From NCBI GenBank assembly GCA_000146465.1, contig CP001948.1: a DNA stretch of 64,000 bases. One strand, written 5' to 3'. Every line of letters starts with the position of its first letter. The first letter of the stretch is position 1. Positions 18,703-28,254 of the stretch are shown here, piece by piece. Below the pieces are notes generated by a model. That model was given only the letters and a program-made list of their open reading frames with translations. It searched no databases and was not told the DNA's origin. The translations under genes and the position numbers were made by a program.

Positions 18703-21393
18703 TTATTCTGTTCTCAATCCGAACAGATTGTTTCTATCGTTGTTCACTAGAAACCAAACAGTTTTGAAGAAGTGTTCGGGAAGGATGAGGGATGAGTTTG
18801 ACTTGGCTGTGTTTGGGTCGTTGTAGTATGATTCCTTCTCAATCTCCTTGGTATCCTTGATTCCTAGCTCAGACAGCGGAAGAATATCGACATCTGGCCC
18901 TCCTCCCATTTCAGACCAGCTTTCTAGAAGATTGACTCTTTCCACAAGAACCCTCTCTGTAAAGGTGTCCAAATACTCCTCTTCCTTGATGTTTAGAGGA
19001 TAGAAGTGGCAGGACTTGTAGAACATCTTCTTAAGGCTACTGCGGAATATAAATGTGATCAGAATAATGGGAAGAAGAAACATCGAGAGGTAAAATCTCT
19101 TGTCCGAAGACATCTTTGCAAAGGTTGCCACCTGGAAAAATATAAGCGAAAACATTATGTTCTGGCATGCAGAGTCCCAATATCCCCCTCCGGACTCATA
19201 CTGGTTTCTAGAAGCATACAAAAACTCCGACTTAAACGTTAAGTAGTTGCATAAGTAGAAAAACGCTCCGAGTAGAAGGATTGGCGGGCATATGACTGCG
19301 TAGACAATAGACATCGAAAATACAGTCAGACACGACGGGAATATGGTCCCGAAGTCAAATGGAGGAGAGAACTCGGCATCGAATCTTTCCCTCCTTGTCT
19401 TTCTCCCCGTAAATGGAAAGATAATGTAATTTATCAGCAACGGAGCAGGCTTCAGCAGTGTTAATGCAGTTCCCACTAAGGTCCTTTGGATAATTGTATT
19501 TGCGAAAAATACAGACGATTCTAGGGACTCATTACTGAACGCCTTGATGACATTGTATATTCTTTCATTTCGGAACAGAACATCTGCAAAGAGCCTATAG
19601 AAGCTTGATGCAAAGAACACCGAGACAAACCCGTTGAAGAACAGGAAGTTGGAGAGTTTGTCCATCAGCTTCTGTTGGAAAGTTGAGTATGAGTAGATTC
19701 CTTCCATGTTCACAAGTGCGGTTATGATCGTAGGGACAAACACCATCATGGAGTTGTAAATAAGTGGGAATAAGATTCCTCGCAAGGAGTCGGTGATAGT
19801 CTCATGCTTGTCCAGAAACGAGGATATAAGCTTGTTTTCTCTAAACATCTCGGTGCTTACTAGCAAAGTAACAATGTTGGCAACTATCGACGAGAATAGG
19901 ATGATAAAAAGAATGAAAAACACCGCCCCAAAGACACTGTACATGTAGTTTTCGACCTCGCTGTTTGTTATGTTCTCCCAGATGACGTCGTTCGGTGCCG
20001 GGGCATCTTCCGATGCGACCGAAAATATTCTTGATCCTATTTGTGACTGCTTCACTATATTTGCACTTCTCTGGTCCTTGAACGTAACAAATCCTCTTTT
20101 GGTTTTTGAGGGGAGGTCTAGAGTAAAGTACATCTTGTAGTTGCTGTAATTGAGTATGTGATGAAACGAAAAGAAGCTTGCATCCTGCGATATGTCACCT
20201 TGCAGGAAAAGAGTGTTATTGTGTGAAACTAGCTCGACAATCCTAACGTCCTTATTCCTTGCTTCCTCATTTTTTATGATCTCCTTTTCCTTGCTAATTC
20301 TGCCATTCACGTTATTCAGTTTTTCCAAATAGAAGTTTACCTTTGGGATATCTTCCTTGAGTGTGTTTTCGAACTGCTTGGCTCCGTCCAAAAATAGAAC
20401 AATAAGTTGTCTCTTCTGTGAAGAATCAAAAACACCCTCTATGTTGGCCTCCTCAACAGTTTTGAGGATGCTCTCTTTAAATCCAGATATACTTTCTGCA
20501 CATGCTTCCTGATTCTTTTCCGACCAGTCTTGCATCTTTGCAAACTTTTCATTGATTTCTTTCTCGATGTTATAGATGTAGCTGTCCTTCTCACTATAAA
20601 GACTCTGCAAAGTATTGGTATCATATACGAGTACACAGTCATCAATCTCTCCAACTCCGAGGGAATCAATAAACTCAAAGAGATCTATATCGTTATTCAC
20701 ATAGCTTGGTAGTCTCGAGAGAATTAGCGTTCTGTTTGGAAGGTTGACATACTCTGTAGACTTCTCGGCACTTCCAAGGTTGTTTGAGAGTCTCTTCAGT
20801 GTTATTATGGACGTCATTATTGCTGGGTTGCGTAGATATGCTTGCCTTAGAACGATATATCTTTTGTAGTATATAAAGATAGAGTACATTATAAAGGCAG
20901 ATATAAGGTACACAACAGGTATTATGAATCCATAACTTTCGGACTTTGGGTCCAAGCTTCCTAGAGAAAGTCTAACAAGCCATTGATCAGAATTCTCGAC
21001 GTTCTCCCGCTGGTTTGTCCAGAACAAATATCCCAGAGATGGGATAACAAAGAAAGATAGGACAAAGAGAATTCTGTACAGCATCTTCAATGTCTGCAGC
21101 ATCATAAATGCATCTAATCCTATGATTGATAAGAGTATTGTGTCGCTTACCGTCACAACAGGAATGATCCAGCTAAGAAACCCGGTGTAGTTATAGCACG
21201 GATGGCAAGGTCTGTCTTTGACGTTGGGTGAATAAAGCCATCTTGCCCTCTTTCTGAAGATGATGTACACTATTAGGATACAGACTGTGATAAATCCCTG
21301 GGACACTATGTTTGTCAACACAGCATTGTCAGCCCCCTTCAGAGGAGGCTTTTCTACTGCCTTCCCCATGTTTTCCTTGTCAGCATCGGCCAT
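18703..21393 (-). CDS. OSCA/TMEM63/CSC1-family (DUF221) calcium-permeable mechano/osmosensitive channel
   Basis: An 896-aa polytopic protein with the N-terminal 'FRKRARWLYSPN' motif, a cytosolic PHM7-like domain and a C-terminal 7TM block. Confidence 0.55.
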   Translation of the reverse strand: MADADKENMGKAVEKPPLKGADNAVLTNIVSQGFITVCILIVYIIFRKRARWLYSPNVKDRPCHPCYNYTGFLSWIIPVVTVSDTILLSIIGLDAFMMLQTLKMLYRILFVLSFFVIPSLGYLFWTNQRENVENSDQWLVRLSLGSLDPKSESYGFIIPVVYLISAFIMYSIFIYYKRYIVLRQAYLRNPAIMTSIITLKRLSNNLGSAEKSTEYVNLPNRTLILSRLPSYVNNDIDLFEFIDSLGVGEIDDCVLVYDTNTLQSLYSEKDSYIYNIEKEINEKFAKMQDWSEKNQEACAESISGFKESILKTVEEANIEGVFDSSQKRQLIVLFLDGAKQFENTLKEDIPKVNFYLEKLNNVNGRISKEKEIIKNEEARNKDVRIVELVSHNNTLFLQGDISQDASFFSFHHILNYSNYKMYFTLDLPSKTKRGFVTFKDQRSANIVKQSQIGSRIFSVASEDAPAPNDVIWENITNSEVENYMYSVFGAVFFILFIILFSSIVANIVTLLVSTEMFRENKLISSFLDKHETITDSLRGILFPLIYNSMMVFVPTIITALVNMEGIYSYSTFQQKLMDKLSNFLFFNGFVSVFFASSFYRLFADVLFRNERIYNVIKAFSNESLESSVFFANTIIQRTLVGTALTLLKPAPLLINYIIFPFTGRKTRRERFDAEFSPPFDFGTIFPSCLTVFSMSIVYAVICPPILLLGAFFYLCNYLTFKSEFLYASRNQYESGGGYWDSACQNIMFSLIFFQVATFAKMSSDKRFYLSMFLLPIILITFIFRSSLKKMFYKSCHFYPLNIKEEEYLDTFTERVLVERVNLLESWSEMGGGPDVDILPLSELGIKDTKEIEKESYYNDPNTAKSNSSLILPEHFFKTVWFLVNNDRNNLFGLRTE

Positions 21394-21578
21394 CCTTGCT
21401 TAGGGACTAAAAATTTTATCTTTGTAGCAACCAATAAAAATATACACACATCCGTTTGCCAGTGAAAGTCTTCTCTTAAGGAGAACCTTCCCATCCATTT
21501 GGATGCACTGTTTTTATGATACAAAATAAAGATGGGTGTTGGGGTCGTTTTAATCCGAAGGGCCTGTGAGGGTAAATA

Positions 21579-21872
21579 ATGCGGATGAAATTTGTGGCAG
21601 AGAAGTCAACGAGTCTTCAAGATGTCGAAGACGAGAAGCAAGCTAATGTTGCCACTTTAAGAGAGAACGAGAAGATCTTGATTCTGTCCGTTGAAGAGGA
21701 GATTGCTCTGAACAAACAAAATATTGGAAACGATGTATATTATGGTGCGAAAAGGGCGTTTTTGTCGGGGGGAAAGAAAAAGCTGGATGAGAAACTTGTA
21801 TCCCTTGGCCTGGACGATGAACAACAACTAATAGTGTCTAACTTGATAATGAGTAAAGAAATAAAAAGATGA
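21579..21872 (+). CDS. Hypothetical small protein of 97 aa
   Basis: An ATG-initiated ORF in an otherwise empty spacer. It has no recognisable domain. Confidence 0.25.
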   Translation: MRMKFVAEKSTSLQDVEDEKQANVATLRENEKILILSVEEEIALNKQNIGNDVYYGAKRAFLSGGKKKLDEKLVSLGLDDEQQLIVSNLIMSKEIKR

Positions 21873-21924
21873 GCTTTGGTTTTTTAATCACAGGCAATGG
21901 TGAAAACACACCCCTATCTATAAT

Positions 21925-22287
21925 CTACTGGAGAGCCTCTTTAATTTTCTCCTCTAGACGCAAGGACTCGGATCCCTTTGGCAAGTAAATGGTGCATGCA
22001 GCAATTGGCCTATGGATTCCGCATGCTACACCCAGGGCACTCTTGGAAGGAATGTGAACAAAGGGAACACCCTTATCTTCACATATTATGGGCAGAAAGG
22101 CCGTTATTTCCTGCGGCTCTGCATCACATGCTATGACAACAAGGAGGGCGGTCCCCTTATTAAGACACTTTGTCGACTCATTTATGCCTTTTCTAACGTT
22201 CTTTGATCTTGTGGCTCCTTGGATTAGCTTCAGTATGTTCTGTACTTTTGAGTCGGAGACCGGAGAGTATGTCTGGGTCATTGTCAT
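21925..22287 (-). CDS. Snu13/NHP2L1 (15.5K), L7Ae-family snRNP/snoRNP protein
   Basis: 'KGINESTKCLNKGTALLVVIACDAEPQEITAFLPIICEDKGVPFVHIPSKSALGVACGIHRPIAACTIY' is nearly colinear with Snu13. The protein is 120 aa. Confidence 0.8.
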   Translation of the reverse strand: MTMTQTYSPVSDSKVQNILKLIQGATRSKNVRKGINESTKCLNKGTALLVVIACDAEPQEITAFLPIICEDKGVPFVHIPSKSALGVACGIHRPIAACTIYLPKGSESLRLEEKIKEALQ

Positions 22288-22323
22288 TGAAGGGGCAAAA
22301 ATTTTGGTGTTTAGAGCCCTTGG

Positions 22324-22710
22324 ATGAATATCAAGTCTAAGTATGACAAGGTGGTGAAAGCTCTATCTATCCGCCAGGTAGATCTATGGGCTGTGCCGAA
22401 GCTGATGACTCCTCTTGAAAACAGCTTTCAGACCGAAGCCATTGGAGACGAAGAGATCTGTATTGTACCCAAGGAAGCCAATTTCCAGCTCCCTAATATC
22501 TTCCTGAGGACCAGGCTGAATCCCGAATGCCAGAAGCTGATCGACAGTAGCAAGAGTAGTGAAAACTGGAACGACATTATCGAAGGGGTGATAGAAATGC
22601 TTGAGGAGGCCGACCTAACTACGGGTGAACACAGCCCTACAACTAGAAAATGCCCTGTGGATCAGGACACCCTGAACAAACTGGTATTTGAGAGATATGG
22701 GCACATCTGA
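22324..22710 (+). CDS. Hypothetical protein of 128 aa
   Basis: An ATG-initiated ORF with no recognisable domain. Confidence 0.25.
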   Translation: MNIKSKYDKVVKALSIRQVDLWAVPKLMTPLENSFQTEAIGDEEICIVPKEANFQLPNIFLRTRLNPECQKLIDSSKSSENWNDIIEGVIEMLEEADLTTGEHSPTTRKCPVDQDTLNKLVFERYGHI

Positions 22711-22899
22711 TTGGAAGAGATGATAGACATACTATTTATATATGTTTGGACTCCATTGGATGAATTAGGGATATCAGCTTAAACCTATTGGTGGGAAGCA
22801 ATACTTCATTTGTCCTTATGATTAGATTGCTTGGTCGAGCAATCACTTTCGATGATGGATACATTTTAAAGATATAAAGACAAACAGTCCATCGTCTAC

Positions 22900-24246
22900 A
22901 TGAACCTTACAGTAGAGGAACCTTCGAAGGTAATAAAAATGAGGGTGAATGGAGGTAAACACCATAAGGAGCCGAGATACAAAAAAACGGTTTCTGGGGA
23001 AGAAGGGGAACTTTATCCGTCTATCTATGGCCAGAAATCCGAGGAAAAAAGGGTTCTTCAGAAAAGGGCTCTTTTTGAGTTGTATGATGATGAGAATTGT
23101 CCAGATGGAGCGATGTTCAATACAAAGGAGGTTTCTATTGATTTCTTTGATTTGAATCCGATGAAAAGGAAACAGCAAAAAGAAGGAAATCCCAAGAGTG
23201 GCGGAGTTAGAGAAGTGGAAAACCCATGGGGTGGGAAGGACAAGGGTATGATACTGGAAAGGAGCTTTATAGAGAGTATGCTAGAAAACGACATCCGGGT
23301 CAAAGATATAAAGTATGGAGAGGACCTTGTATTTATATATTTTTTCACAGTGGAAGATTCTATATCGTTTTACAAGCAGTTCTTACCATATGCAGAAGTA
23401 CACTTCTCCGAAGCATATGACTTTGAGCAAGCTTTATCTCTTTCTTCAGAGGAATGGGCCAGTATTGCACTACTGAACATGTGTTGCGATTCTTCAAAGA
23501 TCAAGGAAAACTCTGTTCAGCCTCCAGATGAAAAAATACATTTGGAAACAAGCAATGCATTAGAAAATGGATTCCAAGCAGATGAACGGAGTGAAAGCAT
23601 AAAAGATGAGGAGACATCCTTATTTAGATGCACGGGATTTGGTAGTAGCGGATGGGACTGTGAGTTGTCCCAAGAAGAAATCTTCACAAGAAAAATTGAG
23701 CACTTCACACATCTCAGGAATTTCTTCTCGAAGAGCGAGGTAAAAGCCATGTCCCAGAGCTTGGAGATGGGAAATGTTGATTTTGTGTTTAAAAACACCA
23801 AAGAACTGGCCGTTGGAAACCAGTCAAACAAGGTGATGCAGGAGGCAATAGGCCTTCTCCCCGAGACTGGAATTGCTCGAATTATTCAGAATCTTGGACA
23901 TGACATTGCTCCTATAGCAGCAAACAAGCATGGAGCATATACTATCCAGATGCTGATTTCGATGTCAAAGACATCGCTAACCCAGAATCTACTATCGAAA
24001 TACTTTAGGAGGTTTGGAGAGTTCTTAATAACCCATGAGATCGGGAACTATACTATCCAGAAGATACTTAGGTTTGATGCGAATCTTGTATTTGAGCTTT
24101 TTATCTCAAGAATCGGAGATGTCGTAAAAAACGAGCTTGGTATAAAGGTTTTGAAGAGATGTATAGAGTTCTTTCCCGATAAAAAAGGCTTCTTGGCCCA
24201 AAAGGCTAAAGAGCATGGAAAGAACTTGACCACTCTGCTATTTTAG
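22900..24246 (+). CDS. Pumilio/PUF-repeat RNA-binding protein (few degenerate repeats, Nop9/Puf-A-like)
   Basis: Puf-repeat cores 'NKHGAYTIQMLI', 'HEIGNYTIQKILRF' and 'LGIKVLKRCIEFF'. Confidence 0.4.
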   Translation: MNLTVEEPSKVIKMRVNGGKHHKEPRYKKTVSGEEGELYPSIYGQKSEEKRVLQKRALFELYDDENCPDGAMFNTKEVSIDFFDLNPMKRKQQKEGNPKSGGVREVENPWGGKDKGMILERSFIESMLENDIRVKDIKYGEDLVFIYFFTVEDSISFYKQFLPYAEVHFSEAYDFEQALSLSSEEWASIALLNMCCDSSKIKENSVQPPDEKIHLETSNALENGFQADERSESIKDEETSLFRCTGFGSSGWDCELSQEEIFTRKIEHFTHLRNFFSKSEVKAMSQSLEMGNVDFVFKNTKELAVGNQSNKVMQEAIGLLPETGIARIIQNLGHDIAPIAANKHGAYTIQMLISMSKTSLTQNLLSKYFRRFGEFLITHEIGNYTIQKILRFDANLVFELFISRIGDVVKNELGIKVLKRCIEFFPDKKGFLAQKAKEHGKNLTTLLF

Positions 24247-24259
24247 GATTGTATTAAAT

Positions 24260-25948
24260 TTATTTTTCATATTCAACCAGTCCAACCTTTGCCTTCAAAT
24301 CGGAAATCACTTTGTTATGGTAGGCTTCGTCAACAAATACTCTACAGGGATCAAATTCCACAAGGGGTTTTGTGCCTAGTGTTGTTTCTAGAAGTAGGAT
24401 TGCCCCATACACATCATTTTCCGATGGTTTTCCGGAATTCAGCAGCTTGGAATGTGCTTCTGTAAGCCTTGCAAGGCTCTCTAGCATTCTAACGGTGTTG
24501 AATTCATTAGCTCCCTCGGCTTTTCTTTTATAGTGGTAGTAGCTCATCAGAACAGAGTTAAGGCTGTCGGGAATGACTGTACTTTTTTTTCTTACAGTTC
24601 CTATGTAGCTCTTTAAAATCCCACTGCCCCAGTACTTTGTTTCTTGTTTCTTCTCGGAAAGTCTCTTCTCAGGATTTCTACCAAGGATCTTATCTACAAT
24701 CATCAAGTCATTACTGTGGCTATTCCCATCAAATAATCCAAAAATAAGATCAAACCTGCTGGCTAAGGGGGTTGCAATCATGGTGTTTTCCGAGACACTT
24801 TTGTCAAAGTTGTATTTATGTCTCGTGTTCACCACTGCAATGACAGAACATCTGGTATTCAATGAAGAAACAATCCCTGCCTTTGCTATGCTGAGTGTTT
24901 GCTGCTCCATTGCTTCCAGAAGTCCGTTTTTTTCATTAACCTTAAGTTTGTTAAACTCATCTATACAGCAAATCCCTGTATCTGCAAGTACTAGAGCCCC
25001 TGCTTCCAGAACCCACTCTTTTCCTTGCCTCACTGCACATGCCGTGAGCCCAGCTTGCGAGGTTCCTACTCCATTGGTCAGAACTGCTGGGGACAGAAGC
25101 TTAGTGCATGTCTTGAGGAGATGGGATTTTCCCGTCCCAGAATCTCCAACCAAGAGTACATGGGAATTTGACCTTGTACATCCCTTTTGCTCTTCATGGA
25201 ATCCGCTTACAAGAGCCAGCAGAAGTCCAAGCTTGACATTCTCGAGTCCTTGTATCTCCTCTCCAAATGAATTAATAAGAAACAGTCTTCTTTGGAAGCA
25301 TTCAAGCCCATCCAATCTGCTTATAAATGCTCTTCCAAGTGGGTCTCCCATAGATTCATCGTCTTGCTTATGAACTGCAAGTGCATGCATGTATATGGAG
25401 CTTGCCATTGGTTCCCCTATCTTGAATGGCTTCCATCTCACAAGAATTACTCCTGTTACAAGTATCTTATCTCCGGGAAAAAACTTTCCTGCAAGATCCT
25501 CCTCGAGAACAACTTCTAGCGTCTCCGACATTGAGTTGGGATTTCCTATGTCCTGGATCCTTATCTTTTGACTCGGAATGGCCTCCCCAAAGCACCTTCG
25601 ATCCTTCAGAAGAGACGATCCACAGGATTCACACAGCATTTTACCCTTTCTTTTTCCCGAAGAGCATTGGTATGCCTTAGAATTGCACTTCAGACACACC
25701 AACTCACTCGTGACATTTCTTATCAAAGTTTCATAGGCTCGGATAAGTGTTCCACTCACAGTGATGATCCGATTGATGTTCTTGCTGTAGCATGCTTTAT
25801 CTGTGAACAATGCATATGGAATCCCTTTAAGAGTCCTCTTGTATATGTAGTGATGGGCAGAAACCTCCAGTGCAATACTATTTGCCAATTCTGGATTCTT
25901 CGAGCAAAGTTCAATTAAGTCGAGTTCCTTTTCCTCTTCCAAAACCAT
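24260..25948 (-). CDS. MCM8/MCM9-family AAA+ DNA helicase (short form)
   Basis: Zn finger 'CLKCNSK…CESCGSS'. Walker A 'LLVGDSGTGKSHLLK', '…LEAGALVLADTGICCIDEFNKL' and 'LEAMEQQTLSIAKAGIV…VSEN…LASRFDLIF' are colinear with MCM8/9 rather than MCM2-7. Confidence 0.65.
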   Translation of the reverse strand: MVLEEEKELDLIELCSKNPELANSIALEVSAHHYIYKRTLKGIPYALFTDKACYSKNINRIITVSGTLIRAYETLIRNVTSELVCLKCNSKAYQCSSGKRKGKMLCESCGSSLLKDRRCFGEAIPSQKIRIQDIGNPNSMSETLEVVLEEDLAGKFFPGDKILVTGVILVRWKPFKIGEPMASSIYMHALAVHKQDDESMGDPLGRAFISRLDGLECFQRRLFLINSFGEEIQGLENVKLGLLLALVSGFHEEQKGCTRSNSHVLLVGDSGTGKSHLLKTCTKLLSPAVLTNGVGTSQAGLTACAVRQGKEWVLEAGALVLADTGICCIDEFNKLKVNEKNGLLEAMEQQTLSIAKAGIVSSLNTRCSVIAVVNTRHKYNFDKSVSENTMIATPLASRFDLIFGLFDGNSHSNDLMIVDKILGRNPEKRLSEKKQETKYWGSGILKSYIGTVRKKSTVIPDSLNSVLMSYYHYKRKAEGANEFNTVRMLESLARLTEAHSKLLNSGKPSENDVYGAILLLETTLGTKPLVEFDPCRVFVDEAYHNKVISDLKAKVGLVEYEK

Positions 25949-26163
25949 ATCCCCACAAGCTCTTTCGCTCTTTCAACAACAAAATTTTAAGGCTTCCCTA
26001 AAGAGAGAGGAGGAGCTACATCTCCTTGTGGACAAAGAGTAGATTTACTTTGGATCCCAGAAAAACCCGCAGGCCTAAATAAGGAGAAAACACAAAAAGG
26101 GGAAAAGGAGTTAACTCCAATTGATGAATTCAAGCATAAAACAAAATAGACAGAGAATAGTCA

Positions 26164-26730
26164 ATGATGGAAGATAAGCAGGAAAAGGTACTTGATGCAG
26201 CAAATGTTGTGGAAGCAAAGGCAATGAATGCAATAGATAATGTTGAGAAGTCGAGCATTGGAAACTCCATTCCACTTGAGGTGAGTCTCCCCCTCCGTGA
26301 GCTAACGAAGTACCTAATGTTCTTCACTATATTTGAGTCGATTCCCATATACTTGATTACTTGCGAAGGAAACAAAAACGAGTTTCTTCATTGGATTTCA
26401 AAAGCAACTGGGTTTGTTTTTCTTATCATAGCCATCACGGCAGCAGTATTAGACCTGGTTACATTTTACGGCAAGCTGTTCTATTTGTACAAGTTCGTTG
26501 TGCCTGTAACTCTTGTAAAATCCGCCATAGCATTTGTTGTTGTAGTCTTTTCCAACATCAGCTCGATGTACGTTGTGATTCTTGCTATATTATATTCCCT
26601 GAGAATCACCGTATTTGATGCACTGTTTCTATACTACCTTGCAATCCTTCTGAGAAGAATAGAGTCCGACGATTACGACAACGACGGAGAGCGGCTCAAA
26701 GCAAAGGAATCAAAGGGAGAGAAAGTATGA
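26164..26730 (+). CDS. Hypothetical membrane protein with about 4 transmembrane helices
   Basis: Hydrophobic helices and an acidic C-terminus. Confidence 0.3.
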   Translation: MMEDKQEKVLDAANVVEAKAMNAIDNVEKSSIGNSIPLEVSLPLRELTKYLMFFTIFESIPIYLITCEGNKNEFLHWISKATGFVFLIIAITAAVLDLVTFYGKLFYLYKFVVPVTLVKSAIAFVVVVFSNISSMYVVILAILYSLRITVFDALFLYYLAILLRRIESDDYDNDGERLKAKESKGEKV

Positions 26731-26841
26731 TTAAAGACTTTGAACTATGTACAAAAAATCATTTTCAACTCTCCTTGTGCGCCCCAAAGTACAAGCTTGA
26801 CTAAATACATTTTTTAATCACTATGGTAAGTAAGGCCGGCC

Positions 26842-28026
26842 TCATTGTGCCTTTATCAGCCCGGTTATCATCCCATCCTCAAAATCAAACTGCTCCTTGC
26901 CTTCATCTTCGTCAGGGATCACTATCTTTATTCTTTCAACCAGAGGATTCCCTTGGTTCACTCCAAACTCCTCTGCTATTCTACTCCACCAGAGGGCCAA
27001 GAGAGCATTTTTCTTGACTCCTATCCCCTGCTTGTAGCATTCAGAGACTAAATATGCTGCAAAAACATTCTCTCTTGTAGCCGCCTTGAGGCCAAGCCGA
27101 AATCCCAGCTTAATATTCTTCTCAACCACTCCATCCAGTCCGTTTAGAAATAGAGCCGAAAGCCTTGTCTGTGCATCAGACTGCCCAAGATCTGCTGCCT
27201 TTATATACCATTCTATGCTCCTTCTCATGTCCTTCTCATGTCCCATTTCTCCGTTCTCAAAGCATTTTCCCACTCTGAACTGACAGTTGGGGCAGTCTAG
27301 AGACGCCCCTTTTAGATAAAGCTTGAATGCATACAAGTCATCTGGGGATATAATGTCCGGCCCCTTGCCCTTCTCATGGCATCTTCCGAGGTCGTACAGG
27401 GCATATGGATAGGTATATGTTGCCTTCTTTGCAGCTAGCCTCAAGTAGAAGTACCCTATCTTAAGATCGCAGTCTCTTTCCATCCTTTCAAATAGCACAA
27501 TTACGCCATAGGTGTGCATTGCATCAATCAAACCTAGTTTGGCTGCACACCTATAAAAATACACCGCCTTTTCGATGTTTCTCGCCTTTCCTATTCCCTT
27601 TTCATAACACTGTGCAACTCGGAAGGTTCCAACAGCACTTCCCAGCTGGGCAGCTACTATATAGTTTTCAAATGCTTTTCTATCGTCCCTCTTTATCCCA
27701 AAGAGGCCCTTTTCATACGAAAGACCCAAGTAGTAATATACCTCTGCCCGCGACATTGGATTCAAGGCCTGGATCAAGTGGCTGGAGATGGATTTCCTCA
27801 GTAGTTTCTTTATAGATAGACGCTGTTTTTCATTAAGGTGCCTAAGGGTCTTCTCCAGCGGCAATGGATCTCCCGGGAAAATTCTCTTCGTATCTCCTCT
27901 CTCGTCCTCCATCTTCCTAGCATAGTGTCCAAGTATGACTAGCACATCACCTACATCTTCTTCAATGTCATCTTGCAGCCCCTCTGCCAACTCTTCCCCA
28001 ACTCCGCCCATCAACACCGGCTTCAT
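26842..28026 (-). CDS. Sel1-like repeat protein (candidate Skt5/Chs4-type chitin-synthase regulator)
   Basis: Repeated 'A…Y..aA..G…A…lG.cYe.G.G' Sel1 units. Confidence 0.5.
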   Translation of the reverse strand: MKPVLMGGVGEELAEGLQDDIEEDVGDVLVILGHYARKMEDERGDTKRIFPGDPLPLEKTLRHLNEKQRLSIKKLLRKSISSHLIQALNPMSRAEVYYYLGLSYEKGLFGIKRDDRKAFENYIVAAQLGSAVGTFRVAQCYEKGIGKARNIEKAVYFYRCAAKLGLIDAMHTYGVIVLFERMERDCDLKIGYFYLRLAAKKATYTYPYALYDLGRCHEKGKGPDIISPDDLYAFKLYLKGASLDCPNCQFRVGKCFENGEMGHEKDMRRSIEWYIKAADLGQSDAQTRLSALFLNGLDGVVEKNIKLGFRLGLKAATRENVFAAYLVSECYKQGIGVKKNALLALWWSRIAEEFGVNQGNPLVERIKIVIPDEDEGKEQFDFEDGMITGLIKAQ

Positions 28027-28245
28027 CTCTGTTCGATATGCTTTATTCCTTTTGCAGGAACCAATAGCTTCCCTAAGGAGAGATTCATTACTGATGGAGT
28101 TAGAGCAATGGTCAAATGGTATTTGATTGTCTAGAGAAATTCCGAGCTGTTGGTAAGGGCCTTGCGAAAAGTTCCAAGGCCGTCTGAGGACTGAGATTAA
28201 CCTTTTTGTGCTTTTCTTCTGTCGTTGATTTTATCCCGGACAAAA

Positions 28246-28254
28246 GAGCCCGGG
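28246..28254 (+). promoter_or_regulatory. GC-rich 'CCC/GGG' motif (gagcccggg) immediately 5' of the kinase ATG
   Basis: Similar C/G triplets lie within about 15 nt upstream of many start codons in this window, including 49548-49559, 52470-52481, 59278-59287, 36288-36296 and 43549-43557 on the plus strand. Confidence 0.3.

Noticed and set aside
22825-22844. A perfect 7-bp inverted repeat (GATTGCT-TGGTCG-AGCAATC) in the spacer after the 22324-22710 gene.
   Set aside because: It is a single short hairpin with no repeat copies. It could be a 3'-end element, but there is no supporting pattern at other gene ends.
26823-27017. A plus-strand 'ATGGTAAGTAAGG' at 26823, which looks like the 'ATG + immediate intron' start seen in some compact-genome ribosomal protein genes.
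   Set aside because: The downstream plus frame gives only a 64-aa ORF antisense to the 3' end of the Sel1-repeat gene, with no recognisable exon 2. It is most likely coincidental.
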